Shown one piece after another: positions 29,788-40,249 of a stretch of DNA of 64,000 bases. How positions within the stretch are numbered: position 1 is the first letter of the stretch; each line of letters opens with the position of its first letter. Where the stretch lies: positions 992,001 to 1,056,000 of the forward strand of contig OZ246423.1 in assembly GCA_965231215.1 (NCBI GenBank), given 5' to 3'. The notes beneath the pieces were generated by a model, which made no database searches, was not told where the DNA came from, and was given only the letters and a program-made list of their open reading frames with translations. The DNA is from Candidatus Altimarinota bacterium. Lineage in GTDB: Bacteria > Patescibacteriota > Gracilibacteria > UBA4473. Made by a program: the position numbers and the translations under genes.

Positions 29788-30900
29788 TCACTTCCGCTCT
29801 AATATCTCACAGAAACCTAAAATTTCTTGTTTCTGTACTTTTTGTCGAAGACTTTCAACTGTATCATCCTCCTCTACGAGCAATTTTCTTTGTAGCACGC
29901 TTTCACCAGCATCTACCTCAGCGGTGATTCGGTGGATAGTGGCTCCCGTATATTTTTCTTCATATTCTAGTACTTTTTGATGTACTTCATCAGCCATAAG
30001 CCCCGCAAATTTTGGAAGGAGTGATGGATGTACATTCAGCGTAATGTCACCAAACTGGTCACAATAAACTTTTGAAAAAATGCGCATCCAACCGGCCAGC
30101 AACACCCAGTCTGGTTTAAATTCGCGAATGAGGTTAATAATTTCCCTATCGTATTCTTCTCGAGCTTCTCCTTTTTGTTCTTCTATCACTTCAATGTGTT
30201 TAATACCTGATTCTTTGGCTTTTTTTACAGCTCCGGCCTCTTTTTTATTGCTGACAAAAAGCGAAATTTCTACATTTGGGATTCGGCCTTTAGCTTTAGC
30301 ATCAATGAGTCCTTGGAGAGTCGTTCCATTGGAAGAAGAAAAGACCGCAACAGATCTTTGTTTTGGTGGTTTTGGGATTAAGTTTTTGGGAATAGCGGCA
30401 ATTATTTTAGCGGCTTCTTCCTTTGGATCGCCTTTAATGTTGGGGTTTACTTCAATGTCGGCAGTAGCTCCATAAATCCCTTTTCGTTGTTCCCAAGCTT
30501 GATCAATTTCTTGATGTAATGGAAGGTCTGGGTTGAGTCGCGGACGAGTGGTATCTTTTAGGAGGTATTTTCTGACATCAGAAAAATCTGGATTGAGAAA
30601 GATAAATTTTCCCGTCTTTTTTAGGTTTTGAAGGTTTTTAGAATTTTCAATGGTTCCGCCGCCACTGGCGATGATTCCTGAAAAATTTCTACAAAAGTCA
30701 TGTGCGACTTTTTGTTCTATTTCTCGAAATTGTTGCCATCCATATTTGTCAGTGTATTCAGGGATGCTCATTCCGGTTACAAATTCAATTTCTTCGTCTA
30801 TATCAGCGAAAGGTAAATTTAATTGAGCCGATATTTCACGACCAAAAGTACTCTTCCCGCTTCCACGAAATCCGATCAGTACTAAGTTTTGATTTAACAT
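29788..30900 (-). CDS. Shikimate kinase - phosphoribosylglycinamide formyltransferase fusion (AroK-PurN)
   Basis: LIGFRGSGKST, FREIE, ASGGG, RPRL (AroK); SSNGTTLQ, LAGWMRI, NVHPSLLPKFAG, GATIH..TAEVDAG (PurN). Confidence 0.92.
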   Translation of the reverse strand: MLNQNLVLIGFRGSGKSTFGREISAQLNLPFADIDEEIEFVTGMSIPEYTDKYGWQQFREIEQKVAHDFCRNFSGIIASGGGTIENSKNLQNLKKTGKFIFLNPDFSDVRKYLLKDTTRPRLNPDLPLHQEIDQAWEQRKGIYGATADIEVNPNIKGDPKEEAAKIIAAIPKNLIPKPPKQRSVAVFSSSNGTTLQGLIDAKAKGRIPNVEISLFVSNKKEAGAVKKAKESGIKHIEVIEEQKGEAREEYDREIINLIREFKPDWVLLAGWMRIFSKVYCDQFGDITLNVHPSLLPKFAGLMADEVHQKVLEYEEKYTGATIHRITAEVDAGESVLQRKLLVEEDDTVESLRQKVQKQEILGFCEILERK

Positions 30901-31057
30901 GAGTGGGTGACTTTTAGCAGATTTATTCTGAAAAATCAAGTTTCAATGTGACCTAAATTACATCCATTAAGGGGTTAATGTGACAATTTTGCTTCTTTTT
31001 TGTCAGAATTTTAGTACACTGTCACGGACTTGAATGATTGATCGTTTATAATTTTTG

Positions 31058-32752
31058 ATGAAAAAATTGTGTATTGTGGCTTTGACTTTATTTATAACCC
31101 CACAAGCTTTGGCGGGTTTTATTGATGAATCTGATATTCCTGTATGGGCTGAAGAAGCCATAGAAGTGGTAAAAGAAGCGGAGATTATGAAAGGGTTTGG
31201 AGATGGAAGTTTTCGCCCTAAACAAAATTTGACCCGAGCTGAAGCCGTAACGCTTATCACAAGAGCCAAAAAAGATTTTGAAGATTTCTATAACGGAGAA
31301 CCACAATTTCCAGACGTACCAAAGGGGGTGTGGTTTGAAGAAGCCGTAGGACACGCCGCCAATCATGGCTGGATCAAAGGGCATGATGATGGATTTTTCC
31401 GACCAGGGGATAACCTGACTCGAGCTGAATTTTCAGCTATGGTAATGCGAGCGTTCCACCTAGAATCAGGAGAACCTGAAGACCTTCCCTTTGCCGATGT
31501 GTCTGATAGGTTGTGGTTTTTTGGTCCAGTGAGTGCGTTATATGAAAATGATTTACTCCGAAACGCTCGAAACAAATATTACCGTCCAGCCAATCTTGTC
31601 AGCCGAGCTGAAGCGGCTTGGACTTTTGGACAGATTGTTCAACGCCCAGGGCTTACAGGAGAAATGGGAGAAGTGAGTCATGTTGATGGAGTAAAAGTGG
31701 ATACTCGGAGAGTGGCGATTAAACCTCGAGATTTTAACGTTAATGACCAGAGCTATGATATAGAGAGACAAGCGCTCCATGCAGACGCAACTCCAGCAAG
31801 TGAATCAGAAGTAAACATGAATATTAGCTCTGACTGGAAAGACATGGGCGTTTTACGCATCCGAAACACTTTAGATCACAAAGCAGACCTAGAATCTATT
31901 CGTCTCCGAATTCGATTCGACCGAGACGATATGGGGCCAAGGGAGGGATTTTGGTTACGCCTTACAGGATCAGGAGTAGAAAAAGATCAGCGTCTCTATA
32001 GTAATGGTGGAGCCGCCTTTACCGGACTTAATAAGGCTATTGAATCAGGACATGAATTGGTATTCAAGGTATTTTTGAAGCCGGAACCAAACGAATCCTT
32101 TTATTCCACTACTGGAACGGGGAAACTCTCTCTTGTAGAGATTGGAGGGGAAGCTTTTAAATCTTTTGTAAAGAGTAATGAAGATCGATACGGAGAACTC
32201 ATTAAGGCTCCGGTGGAATATGATAATTGGGATTTTTCTAAATTTAAGTTTGAACCGGTTGTAGGGCCAGAACCAGAAGCCACTGCCGAAACTATGGCTC
32301 CAAAGCTTTATGCTGATAATGGGGTAACTTTTCAGTATCCGCCAGATTGGGAACTAGAAGAAAACTATTTAGGGGCTTTTGCCTTCCTAGTTTCACCACA
32401 AGACAATGCAGAAGACCATCTTACGGAGAATATTAATTTGGTAAGAGAACCGCTTGATATTCCTCTGAGCAGTGCTGGGATTAATGATTATATGAATGAA
32501 GTATTTGAAGAACTCAAAGTGCTCAAAAACAGCTTTAATGTTGTGAGTGATACCGAGTCACAAATTCATGGATTTAAAACGCGAGAAGTAGAATATACCG
32601 CGAATATCAAAGAGAAACCAATGCGGTTTAAGCAAGTGATTGTGTTTAAAAGTGACGAAATTTATATCCTCACCTTCACCGCAGGGAGTGAGACTTTCCA
32701 GGAACATCTTCCTCTATTTGAAGATGTATTAGAGAGTTTGGATTTTCTCTAG
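31058..32752 (+). CDS. SLH-domain surface protein with a C-terminal PsbP-like domain
   Basis: Signal peptide; three SLH repeats (GFGDGSFRP..LTRAEA, GHDDGFFRP..LTRAEF, YRPANLVSRAEA); TFQYPPDW...LESLDF. Confidence 0.9.
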   Translation: MKKLCIVALTLFITPQALAGFIDESDIPVWAEEAIEVVKEAEIMKGFGDGSFRPKQNLTRAEAVTLITRAKKDFEDFYNGEPQFPDVPKGVWFEEAVGHAANHGWIKGHDDGFFRPGDNLTRAEFSAMVMRAFHLESGEPEDLPFADVSDRLWFFGPVSALYENDLLRNARNKYYRPANLVSRAEAAWTFGQIVQRPGLTGEMGEVSHVDGVKVDTRRVAIKPRDFNVNDQSYDIERQALHADATPASESEVNMNISSDWKDMGVLRIRNTLDHKADLESIRLRIRFDRDDMGPREGFWLRLTGSGVEKDQRLYSNGGAAFTGLNKAIESGHELVFKVFLKPEPNESFYSTTGTGKLSLVEIGGEAFKSFVKSNEDRYGELIKAPVEYDNWDFSKFKFEPVVGPEPEATAETMAPKLYADNGVTFQYPPDWELEENYLGAFAFLVSPQDNAEDHLTENINLVREPLDIPLSSAGINDYMNEVFEELKVLKNSFNVVSDTESQIHGFKTREVEYTANIKEKPMRFKQVIVFKSDEIYILTFTAGSETFQEHLPLFEDVLESLDFL

Positions 32753-33297
32753 AGTTCTGGCATGGCTTTCAGCTCGCCTTTGCGCTTACAGGAATTTCCA
32801 TACACACTGTCACCTTGAGCTAAAGTTTCATAGTGTTGGATCATTTCTGGTTTAGCGTTGAATATTTTTAAGACTTTGATCCCCCAAATATTACAGGCAT
32901 GCTCACGAGCTTGGTTTTGGCAGAAAGGTTCGAATGGAAGATTTTTTTCAAACTGCAAGCCATGACAGGCTTCATGCACTAATACACTGTGAGCATACCC
33001 TGGGCCCTGAATAAAGGTGTTTTCTAGTAATCTGATTTTTTTGCTCCCTTTTGACCCTTTTTGAGCTGTTCCAGCAGTATTGCCACTCATGATGTACGAA
33101 ATTGAAATCTGATCAATATGGTCCTTCACCATCTTATACTCTGGAGGCATTTCACGTTTAAGATCGGTTAAAACCTGTCGATACCGGTATACAGACAAGG
33201 GATCACCTAATACAAAAATCCCGTGTGGGTGATAAAACGTATAAATCCCAAAACATAAAATTGCTATAACGCTCCACTTTTTCCACTTTTTTAGCAT
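32749..33297 (-). CDS. Putative zincin-like metalloprotease, membrane-anchored or secreted
   Basis: N-terminal hydrophobic segment; VLVHEACHG (HExxH) with a downstream E (AREHAC). Confidence 0.65.
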   Translation of the reverse strand: MLKKWKKWSVIAILCFGIYTFYHPHGIFVLGDPLSVYRYRQVLTDLKREMPPEYKMVKDHIDQISISYIMSGNTAGTAQKGSKGSKKIRLLENTFIQGPGYAHSVLVHEACHGLQFEKNLPFEPFCQNQAREHACNIWGIKVLKIFNAKPEMIQHYETLAQGDSVYGNSCKRKGELKAMPEL

Positions 33298-33332
33298 GCT
33301 TTTTTAACAGTCAGTAAGTACTATAGGCCTAT

Positions 33333-34232
33333 ATGGAACCCCAATCAAAAGTTCTGGTATACGGATCGCTCGCCTTTGATGTTTTGTTTGCGATTCAAGA
33401 TGATTTTAGAAAAAGCATCCCCCTTGAAGCAGGCAAAATTAGATCTTTCAATGCGACTTACATTGCCGATAGTAAAAATGAACATCCTGGAGGAACCGCT
33501 GGAAATATAGCCTTTTGGCTTGGGCAAGAAGGCGTTTCAGCCACAATATTTTCTAGTTTTGGAGCCGATTTTGTCACCAAGGGGTATGCCCAAAAGTTAG
33601 CCGCTTTTAACCACACTATTGTAGGGTATGAGGGAGCGCATACAGCTCATGCCTACCAGGTTTCAGACCCTCTACATCAGCAACTGATTATCTGGCAGCC
33701 TAATAGCTATAGTGAAATTGATAAGATCACGTTAGTAGAGTATCTAGAACCAGAAACGTTAAAAAACTTTGAATACGCTATATTTGCCCCAGGGACGAAT
33801 GTTTCAATTCCAAAACATCTCCTTGAATTTCGGGAGTATAATAAAGACGCTACCGTGATTTTAGACCCAGGGCAGTGGTCTCCTTTTTGGGATCCAGAAA
33901 AGTTTAAGCAGTGTTTAGGTTTGGCCGATATTTTGATTGGGAATGATATTGAATACAAACACTTCCAAAAGTTTTCGGCTTCTTTCAATCCAAATTTGAT
34001 TCAGATAGAAACTTTAGGAGAGAGAGGCGTAAAGGTAATTCGTGACGGAGTAAGCTCACAGGTGAAGGCTAATCCGTTAGATCAAGTAGTAGAAACCACT
34101 GGAGCTGGGGATGCTTTTAGGGCAGGGTTTTTGTCTATTTTGGCGAAAGGAGGAAACTTTGACACCGCTTTAACAAAAGGTTGTGAGCTGGGCGCTAAAT
34201 GTGTTACATTACCTTCCGCACAGATTGAATGA
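33333..34232 (+). CDS. PfkB-family carbohydrate kinase (adenosine/nucleoside kinase-like)
   Basis: GSLAFD, PGGTAGNIA, DPGQ, TLGERG, ETTGAGDAFRAGF. Confidence 0.88.
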   Translation: MEPQSKVLVYGSLAFDVLFAIQDDFRKSIPLEAGKIRSFNATYIADSKNEHPGGTAGNIAFWLGQEGVSATIFSSFGADFVTKGYAQKLAAFNHTIVGYEGAHTAHAYQVSDPLHQQLIIWQPNSYSEIDKITLVEYLEPETLKNFEYAIFAPGTNVSIPKHLLEFREYNKDATVILDPGQWSPFWDPEKFKQCLGLADILIGNDIEYKHFQKFSASFNPNLIQIETLGERGVKVIRDGVSSQVKANPLDQVVETTGAGDAFRAGFLSILAKGGNFDTALTKGCELGAKCVTLPSAQIE

Positions 34233-34786
34233 AAACCCTTTTTTTATGTTTGGTGACGATATTCCTTGCCGGTTGTATCGGTGGGAACAATAATTCTGCA
34301 GGTTTACCGCCAGAGTTACTGGTGGATCAAAATCCACCTTCAGAAATTCCTGTGGAGGAAAATACCAATATTCCCAACCTCCCAGATGAAATACTGCCAG
34401 AAGAAAATAGCGAACCTACAGAAAATGAGAATACCAATCCAGAGCCTAAACCTCGGCCAAAACCACAAGTAAATCCAAATCAAAACTCAGCAAATGAAAC
34501 AGTAGAAGCTCGTGATTGTGAAGCCCTGAGTAAAGAGCTGACAAAATCTTTTAAAGATATCAATTTTTGTGAAGAAGACACAGACTGTAGAGTCGTAGCT
34601 GGGAGTTGTCCGTTTGGATGTTATGTATTTCATAACTTTCGGTTAGATTTTGAAGAATATCAGCAAGAGCTTACCACCTATCAAGAGCACTGCGGAAAAT
34701 GTGCTTACCGGTGTACAGCTCCGCCTACCGATATAAAATGTATACATGGACAGTGTGTAGATAGTAGTTTTGATGAAGATAAATAA
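34229..34786 (+). CDS. Lipoprotein with a Pro/Asn/Glu linker and Cys-rich C-terminal domain
   Basis: Lipobox LAGC; ten Cys in the C-terminal part. Confidence 0.8.
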   Translation: MKTLFLCLVTIFLAGCIGGNNNSAGLPPELLVDQNPPSEIPVEENTNIPNLPDEILPEENSEPTENENTNPEPKPRPKPQVNPNQNSANETVEARDCEALSKELTKSFKDINFCEEDTDCRVVAGSCPFGCYVFHNFRLDFEEYQQELTTYQEHCGKCAYRCTAPPTDIKCIHGQCVDSSFDEDK

Positions 34787-36066
34787 TGCATGATTTTAAG
34801 GTAGCCGATATTAATCAGGCCCATTTTGGACGGAAAGAAATAGAACTGGCCGAAACAGAAATGCCAGGACTTATGGCTCTTCGCCAAGAATATAAAGCCG
34901 ATCAACCCCTTAAAGGAGCTCGAATCGCTGGATGTATCCATATGACGATACAAACGGCTGTTTTAATAGAAACTTTAGTAGCACTAGGCGCCGAAGTTCG
35001 GTGGAGTAGTTGTAATATTTTTTCTACCCAAGATCACGCCGCGGCCGCTATGGCCAAAGCTCATATTCCAGTATTTGCTTGGAAAGGTGAAACCGAGGAA
35101 GAATACTGGTGGTGTATTGAACAAACGATCAAAGGGCCAGATGGTTGGCGCCCCAATATATTACTGGATGATGGAGGAGACCTAACCCAACTGATTCACC
35201 AAAAATATCCAGAACTTCTCAATGATATTGTGGGAGTTTCTGAGGAAACCACCACCGGGGTGCATCGACTCTATCAAATGCATGAACAAGGAAAGCTTAA
35301 AATACCAGCCATAAATGTGAACGATTCGGTTACTAAATCTAAATTTGATAACCTCTATGGGTGTCGTGAAAGCCTGGTAGACGCTATCAAACGAGCCACT
35401 GATGTAATGGTCTCTGGAAAAGTAGCCGTTGTTGCTGGATACGGAGATGTAGGTAAAGGATCGGCTCAAAGCCTCCGTCACAGTGGAGCCAGAGTTATTA
35501 TTACGGAAGTAGACCCAATTTGTGCGCTTCAGGCCAGTATGGAAGGGTATGAAGTCACTACAATGGACCGAGCTAGTAAATTAGGAGATATTTTTGTGAC
35601 AGCTACTGGATGTTGTGATGTAATTACGCGGGAGCACATGGAGCATATGAAACACAATGCTGTTGTCTGTAACATTGGGCATTTTGATTCAGAAATTGCA
35701 ATTGAGTCTATTCGAGATTTAGAGTGGGAAGAAATCAAACCACAAGTTCATCACGTAAGTTTTGGCAATAACAAAAAAATTATTGTTCTAGCCGAAGGGC
35801 GGCTTGTAAATCTAGGTTGTGCCATGGGACATCCAAGTTTTGTGATGTCCTGCTCTTTCGCCAATCAAACCCTAGCCCAAATTGATTTGTGGAAGAACCA
35901 ATATGAAGTAGGAGTTTATACGCTTCCAAAGCACTTAGATGAGCGTGTAGCTGCCCTTCACCTGCCAAAATTAGGGGTTAAACTAGATTCTCTCACCCAA
36001 GAACAAGCTGAATATTTGGGGATTGAACAAAACGGCCCGTTCAAGCCGGAACACTATCGGTATTAA
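34786..36066 (+). CDS. ahcY: Adenosylhomocysteinase
   Basis: [64 protein letters not shown]. Confidence 0.98.
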   Translation: MHDFKVADINQAHFGRKEIELAETEMPGLMALRQEYKADQPLKGARIAGCIHMTIQTAVLIETLVALGAEVRWSSCNIFSTQDHAAAAMAKAHIPVFAWKGETEEEYWWCIEQTIKGPDGWRPNILLDDGGDLTQLIHQKYPELLNDIVGVSEETTTGVHRLYQMHEQGKLKIPAINVNDSVTKSKFDNLYGCRESLVDAIKRATDVMVSGKVAVVAGYGDVGKGSAQSLRHSGARVIITEVDPICALQASMEGYEVTTMDRASKLGDIFVTATGCCDVITREHMEHMKHNAVVCNIGHFDSEIAIESIRDLEWEEIKPQVHHVSFGNNKKIIVLAEGRLVNLGCAMGHPSFVMSCSFANQTLAQIDLWKNQYEVGVYTLPKHLDERVAALHLPKLGVKLDSLTQEQAEYLGIEQNGPFKPEHYRY

Positions 36067-36176
36067 TTTTAGATTAGGAAAATATTGATTTTTTTAAAAA
36101 TATTATATTTTGATTTTTGATTTTTTGTGAATTTAGTTAAAGTTAATATAAAGTTTTATCCACAAAAAACTTTAGC

Positions 36177-37328
36177 ATGTCATCTTTTGATACACCTTCA
36201 GAGTTAGAAGCTATAAGCACTCCAGAAGAAGTAATAGACTTTTATGCACCAAATAAAGATACGCAAAAGGAGTGGCTTTCTTCGCTTGAAGAAAAAAAAG
36301 TCTATGGACATACTGATAAGTTCATAGCGGCTATTAAAACTCAACTATCAGAATTTTTCAAAAGCGAGGATGAAATTTTTATAATTAATATTTCTGGCGG
36401 CCCTTCAGCGGGTAAATCAAGCTTGGCTAAGAAGATTAAGAAGATTTTAAAGGATAATGATTATGCAAATTCAGACCTCCCTGTGTTGATTTTAGGTCAA
36501 GATCTCTTTCATGGAACAGAACGCGGAACGTCCCAACGTGATAGAATGTCTGAGTCTCCTTTCGGGTTTTCAAAATATCACAATAAAATACTCGAATTAA
36601 GACACTTCTTTCAACAAGTTTTAGATCCTAGTAACAAAGGGAAAAGTTTTGAGATAAAAAAATTATATGATAGAGAAAATGGAGGTGTTTTTAGTGCTTC
36701 AGAGTCTTGGCAAGTACCAGAAGGTAAGTTTGTGCTTATTTCAGAGGGAACTAATGCTATTAATCTCTTTAGGCACTTTGAAGGCGGACTTTGTGGAAGA
36801 GTCAATGGTACTTCAGGAAGTTTAAAAAATATTAATGAAAGATATAGAGTACAAAATGTTTTTGTAATGGATGATCCGGGGAGACAATTACAAGGGGTAA
36901 TTGCACGTGATTGTGATAGAGATAATCTTACAGAAAAAGATAGAATGAACTTTAGAGTACATGAATTCTTATCCATGTTGGGGCCTCAAATACGTAATGT
37001 TGCTTTAGCTGATATCATAATAATGGATAAAGAAAAACAGGTTAAAAAACGCCTTACTCGTAACGATGGAGCCTTAAAAAAGCATGGAAATTTTCTGGCT
37101 GAACTAGAAGATGTACTAGAAAAATTTGAAAAATCAGATATTGAACAGCTTATTGGAAGCGAAATAAGCTTGGAAGGCTTGAGTGGACCGCCACCTGAAC
37201 TAAAAGAAATGAGGAGGGAAGTAGTTTTAAAGGTAGCTCAGAGAGTGCTAGATCGAGCACAAGCAGTGGTAGGAAACTTACAGAAAGGAGCAGAGAATAA
37301 AAAAGGACGGGGGTTTTCCAAAAAATAA
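36177..37328 (+). CDS. P-loop kinase (uridine kinase/phosphoribulokinase-like), divergent
   Basis: INISGGPSAGKS Walker A; LGQDLFH; LISEG. Confidence 0.65.
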   Translation: MSSFDTPSELEAISTPEEVIDFYAPNKDTQKEWLSSLEEKKVYGHTDKFIAAIKTQLSEFFKSEDEIFIINISGGPSAGKSSLAKKIKKILKDNDYANSDLPVLILGQDLFHGTERGTSQRDRMSESPFGFSKYHNKILELRHFFQQVLDPSNKGKSFEIKKLYDRENGGVFSASESWQVPEGKFVLISEGTNAINLFRHFEGGLCGRVNGTSGSLKNINERYRVQNVFVMDDPGRQLQGVIARDCDRDNLTEKDRMNFRVHEFLSMLGPQIRNVALADIIIMDKEKQVKKRLTRNDGALKKHGNFLAELEDVLEKFEKSDIEQLIGSEISLEGLSGPPPELKEMRREVVLKVAQRVLDRAQAVVGNLQKGAENKKGRGFSKK

Positions 37329-37421
37329 ACCTTCACCTACCAATGAGGAGGATTCGATGAGTGCTAAAATATTTGACAGCAAGTCTTTTATTACTACTCT
37401 GCGGCAGTAATTTAGTACAAA

Positions 37422-37700
37422 ATGGCACATAAAAAAGCTGGTGGTAGTTCAAAAAATGGTAGAGATTCAGTCAGTAAACGTCGTGGAGTCAAACGATTTG
37501 GGGGACAACACGTAAATGCTGGTGAAGTTTTAGTTCGGCAAAAGGGAACCAAATTCCGACCTGGAGAAAACGTAGAAATGGGGAAGGATTTCACCATCTT
37601 TGCTACCGTTAACGGACAAGTAGAATTTACTGAAAAATCAGTTCAGCGTTTTGATGGGCGAAGATATGAACGAAGATTTATAAACGTAAAATCTGCCTAA
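37422..37700 (+). CDS. rpmA: 50S ribosomal protein L27
   Basis: [30 protein letters not shown]. Confidence 0.99.
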   Translation: MAHKKAGGSSKNGRDSVSKRRGVKRFGGQHVNAGEVLVRQKGTKFRPGENVEMGKDFTIFATVNGQVEFTEKSVQRFDGRRYERRFINVKSA

Positions 37701-37730
37701 GGTTGGTAAAATCAAAATTTAAACTATACT

Positions 37731-37757
37731 AATCGGGGTTGTGCCCCGATTTTTTTT
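37731..37757 (+). terminator. Intrinsic terminator after rpmA
   Basis: AATCGGGG-TTGTG-CCCCGATT followed by a T tract that abuts the uppS ATG. Confidence 0.85.
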
Positions 37758-38408
37758 ATGTCTTTTTCCCGTAACGCTTTCGGACTGATCGCAGATGGAA
37801 ACCGCCGCTGGGCGAAGTCTCAAAATTTGCCGGTAGCCGAAGGACACCAAAAAGGATTTAGTGTCGTAAAGGACATTATTTTTTCGATACTGTATGATCA
37901 CCCAGATTGGGATACGTTAGCGGTTTATGCCTTTTCTACAGAAAATTGGAAAAGATCCCCCCTAGAGGTAAAAAATTTGATGAAACTCTATCATGAGATG
38001 ATCGATGCCTGGAAAGAGGATCTTGATGAAAAACAAACTCAATTTATACATGCTGGACGTAAAGATCGCCTTCCTCATAGTTTAATACAAAAAATTAATG
38101 ATCTAGAAGCACAGACCAAAGAGTATGCAAAGTTTCGTCTAGTGCTGTGTTTAGATTATGGTTCTCAAGATGAGATTACCCGAGCTGTTTTTAAGGGAGG
38201 AACTGACTTTGCAAACTACCTCCAAGTACCAAAACTAGACTTAATTTTACGCACAGGAGGAGAAAATCGCCTCAGTAATTTTTGTCTATGGCAAGCGGCT
38301 TATGCAGAGTTCAACTTCCATGGGAAAAAACTTCCAGCACTTACAGAATCAGATATGAGATCTATCTTGGATGATTTTGCTAGGAGGGATCGTCGTAAAG
38401 GATCATAA
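37758..38408 (+). CDS. uppS: Undecaprenyl diphosphate synthase
   Basis: DGNRRWA, YAFSTENWKRS, DLILRTGGENRLSNF.LWQAAYAE. Confidence 0.96.
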   Translation: MSFSRNAFGLIADGNRRWAKSQNLPVAEGHQKGFSVVKDIIFSILYDHPDWDTLAVYAFSTENWKRSPLEVKNLMKLYHEMIDAWKEDLDEKQTQFIHAGRKDRLPHSLIQKINDLEAQTKEYAKFRLVLCLDYGSQDEITRAVFKGGTDFANYLQVPKLDLILRTGGENRLSNFCLWQAAYAEFNFHGKKLPALTESDMRSILDDFARRDRRKGS

Positions 38409-39140
38409 AAGTTCAGCCTCTACCACTTGGCATTCTGGGATATCAAATTTTTCAAAGCTAAAAAAAGTTGAACCAGAACCAGAAAGATTTATTTTTGAAT
38501 AATTTTTTTGATCAAAAATTTCTTTGAATCCATTACCGCAATTTTCGAGTTTTGGATGCTCTAAAAAGGTTTTGGTATAAGAAGTGTTGAAATTTTTAAG
38601 CTGGCTGTAAGCGTTTTTTGTATTGCTTTTAAACGGGGGAAAGTACAAATAAATAGCCTGTCCTGAAAAATTAAAATTGAGTGGTTCAATGCTCTCCCCA
38701 AAGTGGGTTCCTAGCGCACATGGGGCCTCTTGCAAAAAGAAGGGAATATCTTTTCCAAGAGTGCCGATTTCAGTGATTAGATCTGTTGGAATGGGGCCAA
38801 GGTTGAAGTACTGAAAATAACCCTTTATAAACATCGCTGCATTAGAGCTACCACCACCAAGACCACTGCCTGTAGGAATGTTTTTGGCCACAGAGATATG
38901 TACAGGCCTTGCTTTGTGAATAATTTTTTTGATCAATAAAAAGCTTTTATAGATGAGGTTTTCTTCCATTTCACAGTCAAAATCACCTGAAATGCTAAAC
39001 GCATCAGATTCTGAAAATTCTAGGGTATCTCCCCAACTGAGTTTATGGTATATGGTCTGGATTTCATGAAAAGGAGCTTCCGTTTTTTTTTCAAAAATAT
39101 CCAGAGTTAGGTTTATCTTGGCGGGAGCAAAAATTCTCAT
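38403..39140 (-). CDS. ispE: 4-diphosphocytidyl-2-C-methyl-D-erythritol kinase
   Basis: APAKINLTL, KNIPTGSGLGGGSSNAA, GKDIPFF, LSGSGST. Confidence 0.93.
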   Translation of the reverse strand: MRIFAPAKINLTLDIFEKKTEAPFHEIQTIYHKLSWGDTLEFSESDAFSISGDFDCEMEENLIYKSFLLIKKIIHKARPVHISVAKNIPTGSGLGGGSSNAAMFIKGYFQYFNLGPIPTDLITEIGTLGKDIPFFLQEAPCALGTHFGESIEPLNFNFSGQAIYLYFPPFKSNTKNAYSQLKNFNTSYTKTFLEHPKLENCGNGFKEIFDQKNYSKINLSGSGSTFFSFEKFDIPECQVVEAELL

Positions 39141-40249
39141 TCCACAATTACTATTACAAAACCACGCATTCCCAACCCCTTTCCTACCTCGCTGAGGCTT
39201 TCCCCAGTTGTATAGGTGAGACCGATTTGGGAAGTTTTAATCTCTAGCAGTTTGGCTAAATGTGTTTGAATGGCATCGTGATGTGGTGCAATTTTAGGCT
39301 GAGCGCCTTCGAGTGAAATCAACACTTGTAAAATATGAACCATGCCTAAGTGTTCTAATGTAGCTTTCAGATAGCTTTCTGAATGTGTATCTCCAGCTCT
39401 GCAGACAGGATCGGCTATAGGATCAAAAGTTTTATCGCCAAAAGCCGAGAGTAGGGCATTACACAGTGCATGAAGGATAATATCTCCATCAGAGTTGCCA
39501 TCAGAACTGAGAAGACCTCCTGAAACCTCTATCCCTCCCAGCCTGAAAGGTTTTTTAGGATCAAAATCAGAGGCAAATTTATGGGCATCTTCACCAATGC
39601 CTATTTTAACCCCAGTAGCAAAATCAGAAGCATGGGTGATTTTGGTGTTACGAGGATCACATTCATAGACATAAACAGTTTCTCCAATTAAATCTAAAAG
39701 TTCGGCCTCATCTTTTGGAATGGGGTCTTTATCTTCCACTTTATGAAGGGCTTTGGTAAAGGTTGCTAAATCTGAAATCTGTGGAGTTTGAGTTTCAAAA
39801 ATTTCAGATCGTTTAAGATATTGGGTTACTTTGCCGTTTTCGACTTTTTTTATGGAGTTCGGAGTAAAGCCCCCAAAAATTACATTTTTTGTTATTTCGG
39901 CTTTTTTTATCCCCGCTTTTAGATCGTGTACCGAAAGGTGCGGATTAGCCGCGTTATGCACTATGACTCGAACATTTTCAGGATAAACGGTCTTACAATG
40001 TTCTAGTGCATTTTTAACAGAAAAAAAGCGTTCTTCTCCTCCTGGGATAAAGCCCTTCAATTTTTCCGCTTCAATAGAGATAGACTGATCGTCACTATGA
40101 ACGACCCAAATATCATCTATGGACTCACACTCAGAAAAAGTCTTTAAACATTTTTCTAACGCTGAAGCCCCTTGGTGTTCATGCAGAATTTTATCAAATC
40201 CGCAACGTAAAGATTTTCCGGCACCTAGGATAATAGCAATGTTTTTCAT
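39137..40249 (-). CDS. ispDF: Bifunctional IspD/IspF
   Basis: GAGKSLR..FDK, GGEERFFSV, QTPQ, NTKITH (IspD); IGIGEDAHKF, SDGDIILHAL, TTGESL (IspF). Confidence 0.92.
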   Translation of the reverse strand: MKNIAIILGAGKSLRCGFDKILHEHQGASALEKCLKTFSECESIDDIWVVHSDDQSISIEAEKLKGFIPGGEERFFSVKNALEHCKTVYPENVRVIVHNAANPHLSVHDLKAGIKKAEITKNVIFGGFTPNSIKKVENGKVTQYLKRSEIFETQTPQISDLATFTKALHKVEDKDPIPKDEAELLDLIGETVYVYECDPRNTKITHASDFATGVKIGIGEDAHKFASDFDPKKPFRLGGIEVSGGLLSSDGNSDGDIILHALCNALLSAFGDKTFDPIADPVCRAGDTHSESYLKATLEHLGMVHILQVLISLEGAQPKIAPHHDAIQTHLAKLLEIKTSQIGLTYTTGESLSEVGKGLGMRGFVIVIVE

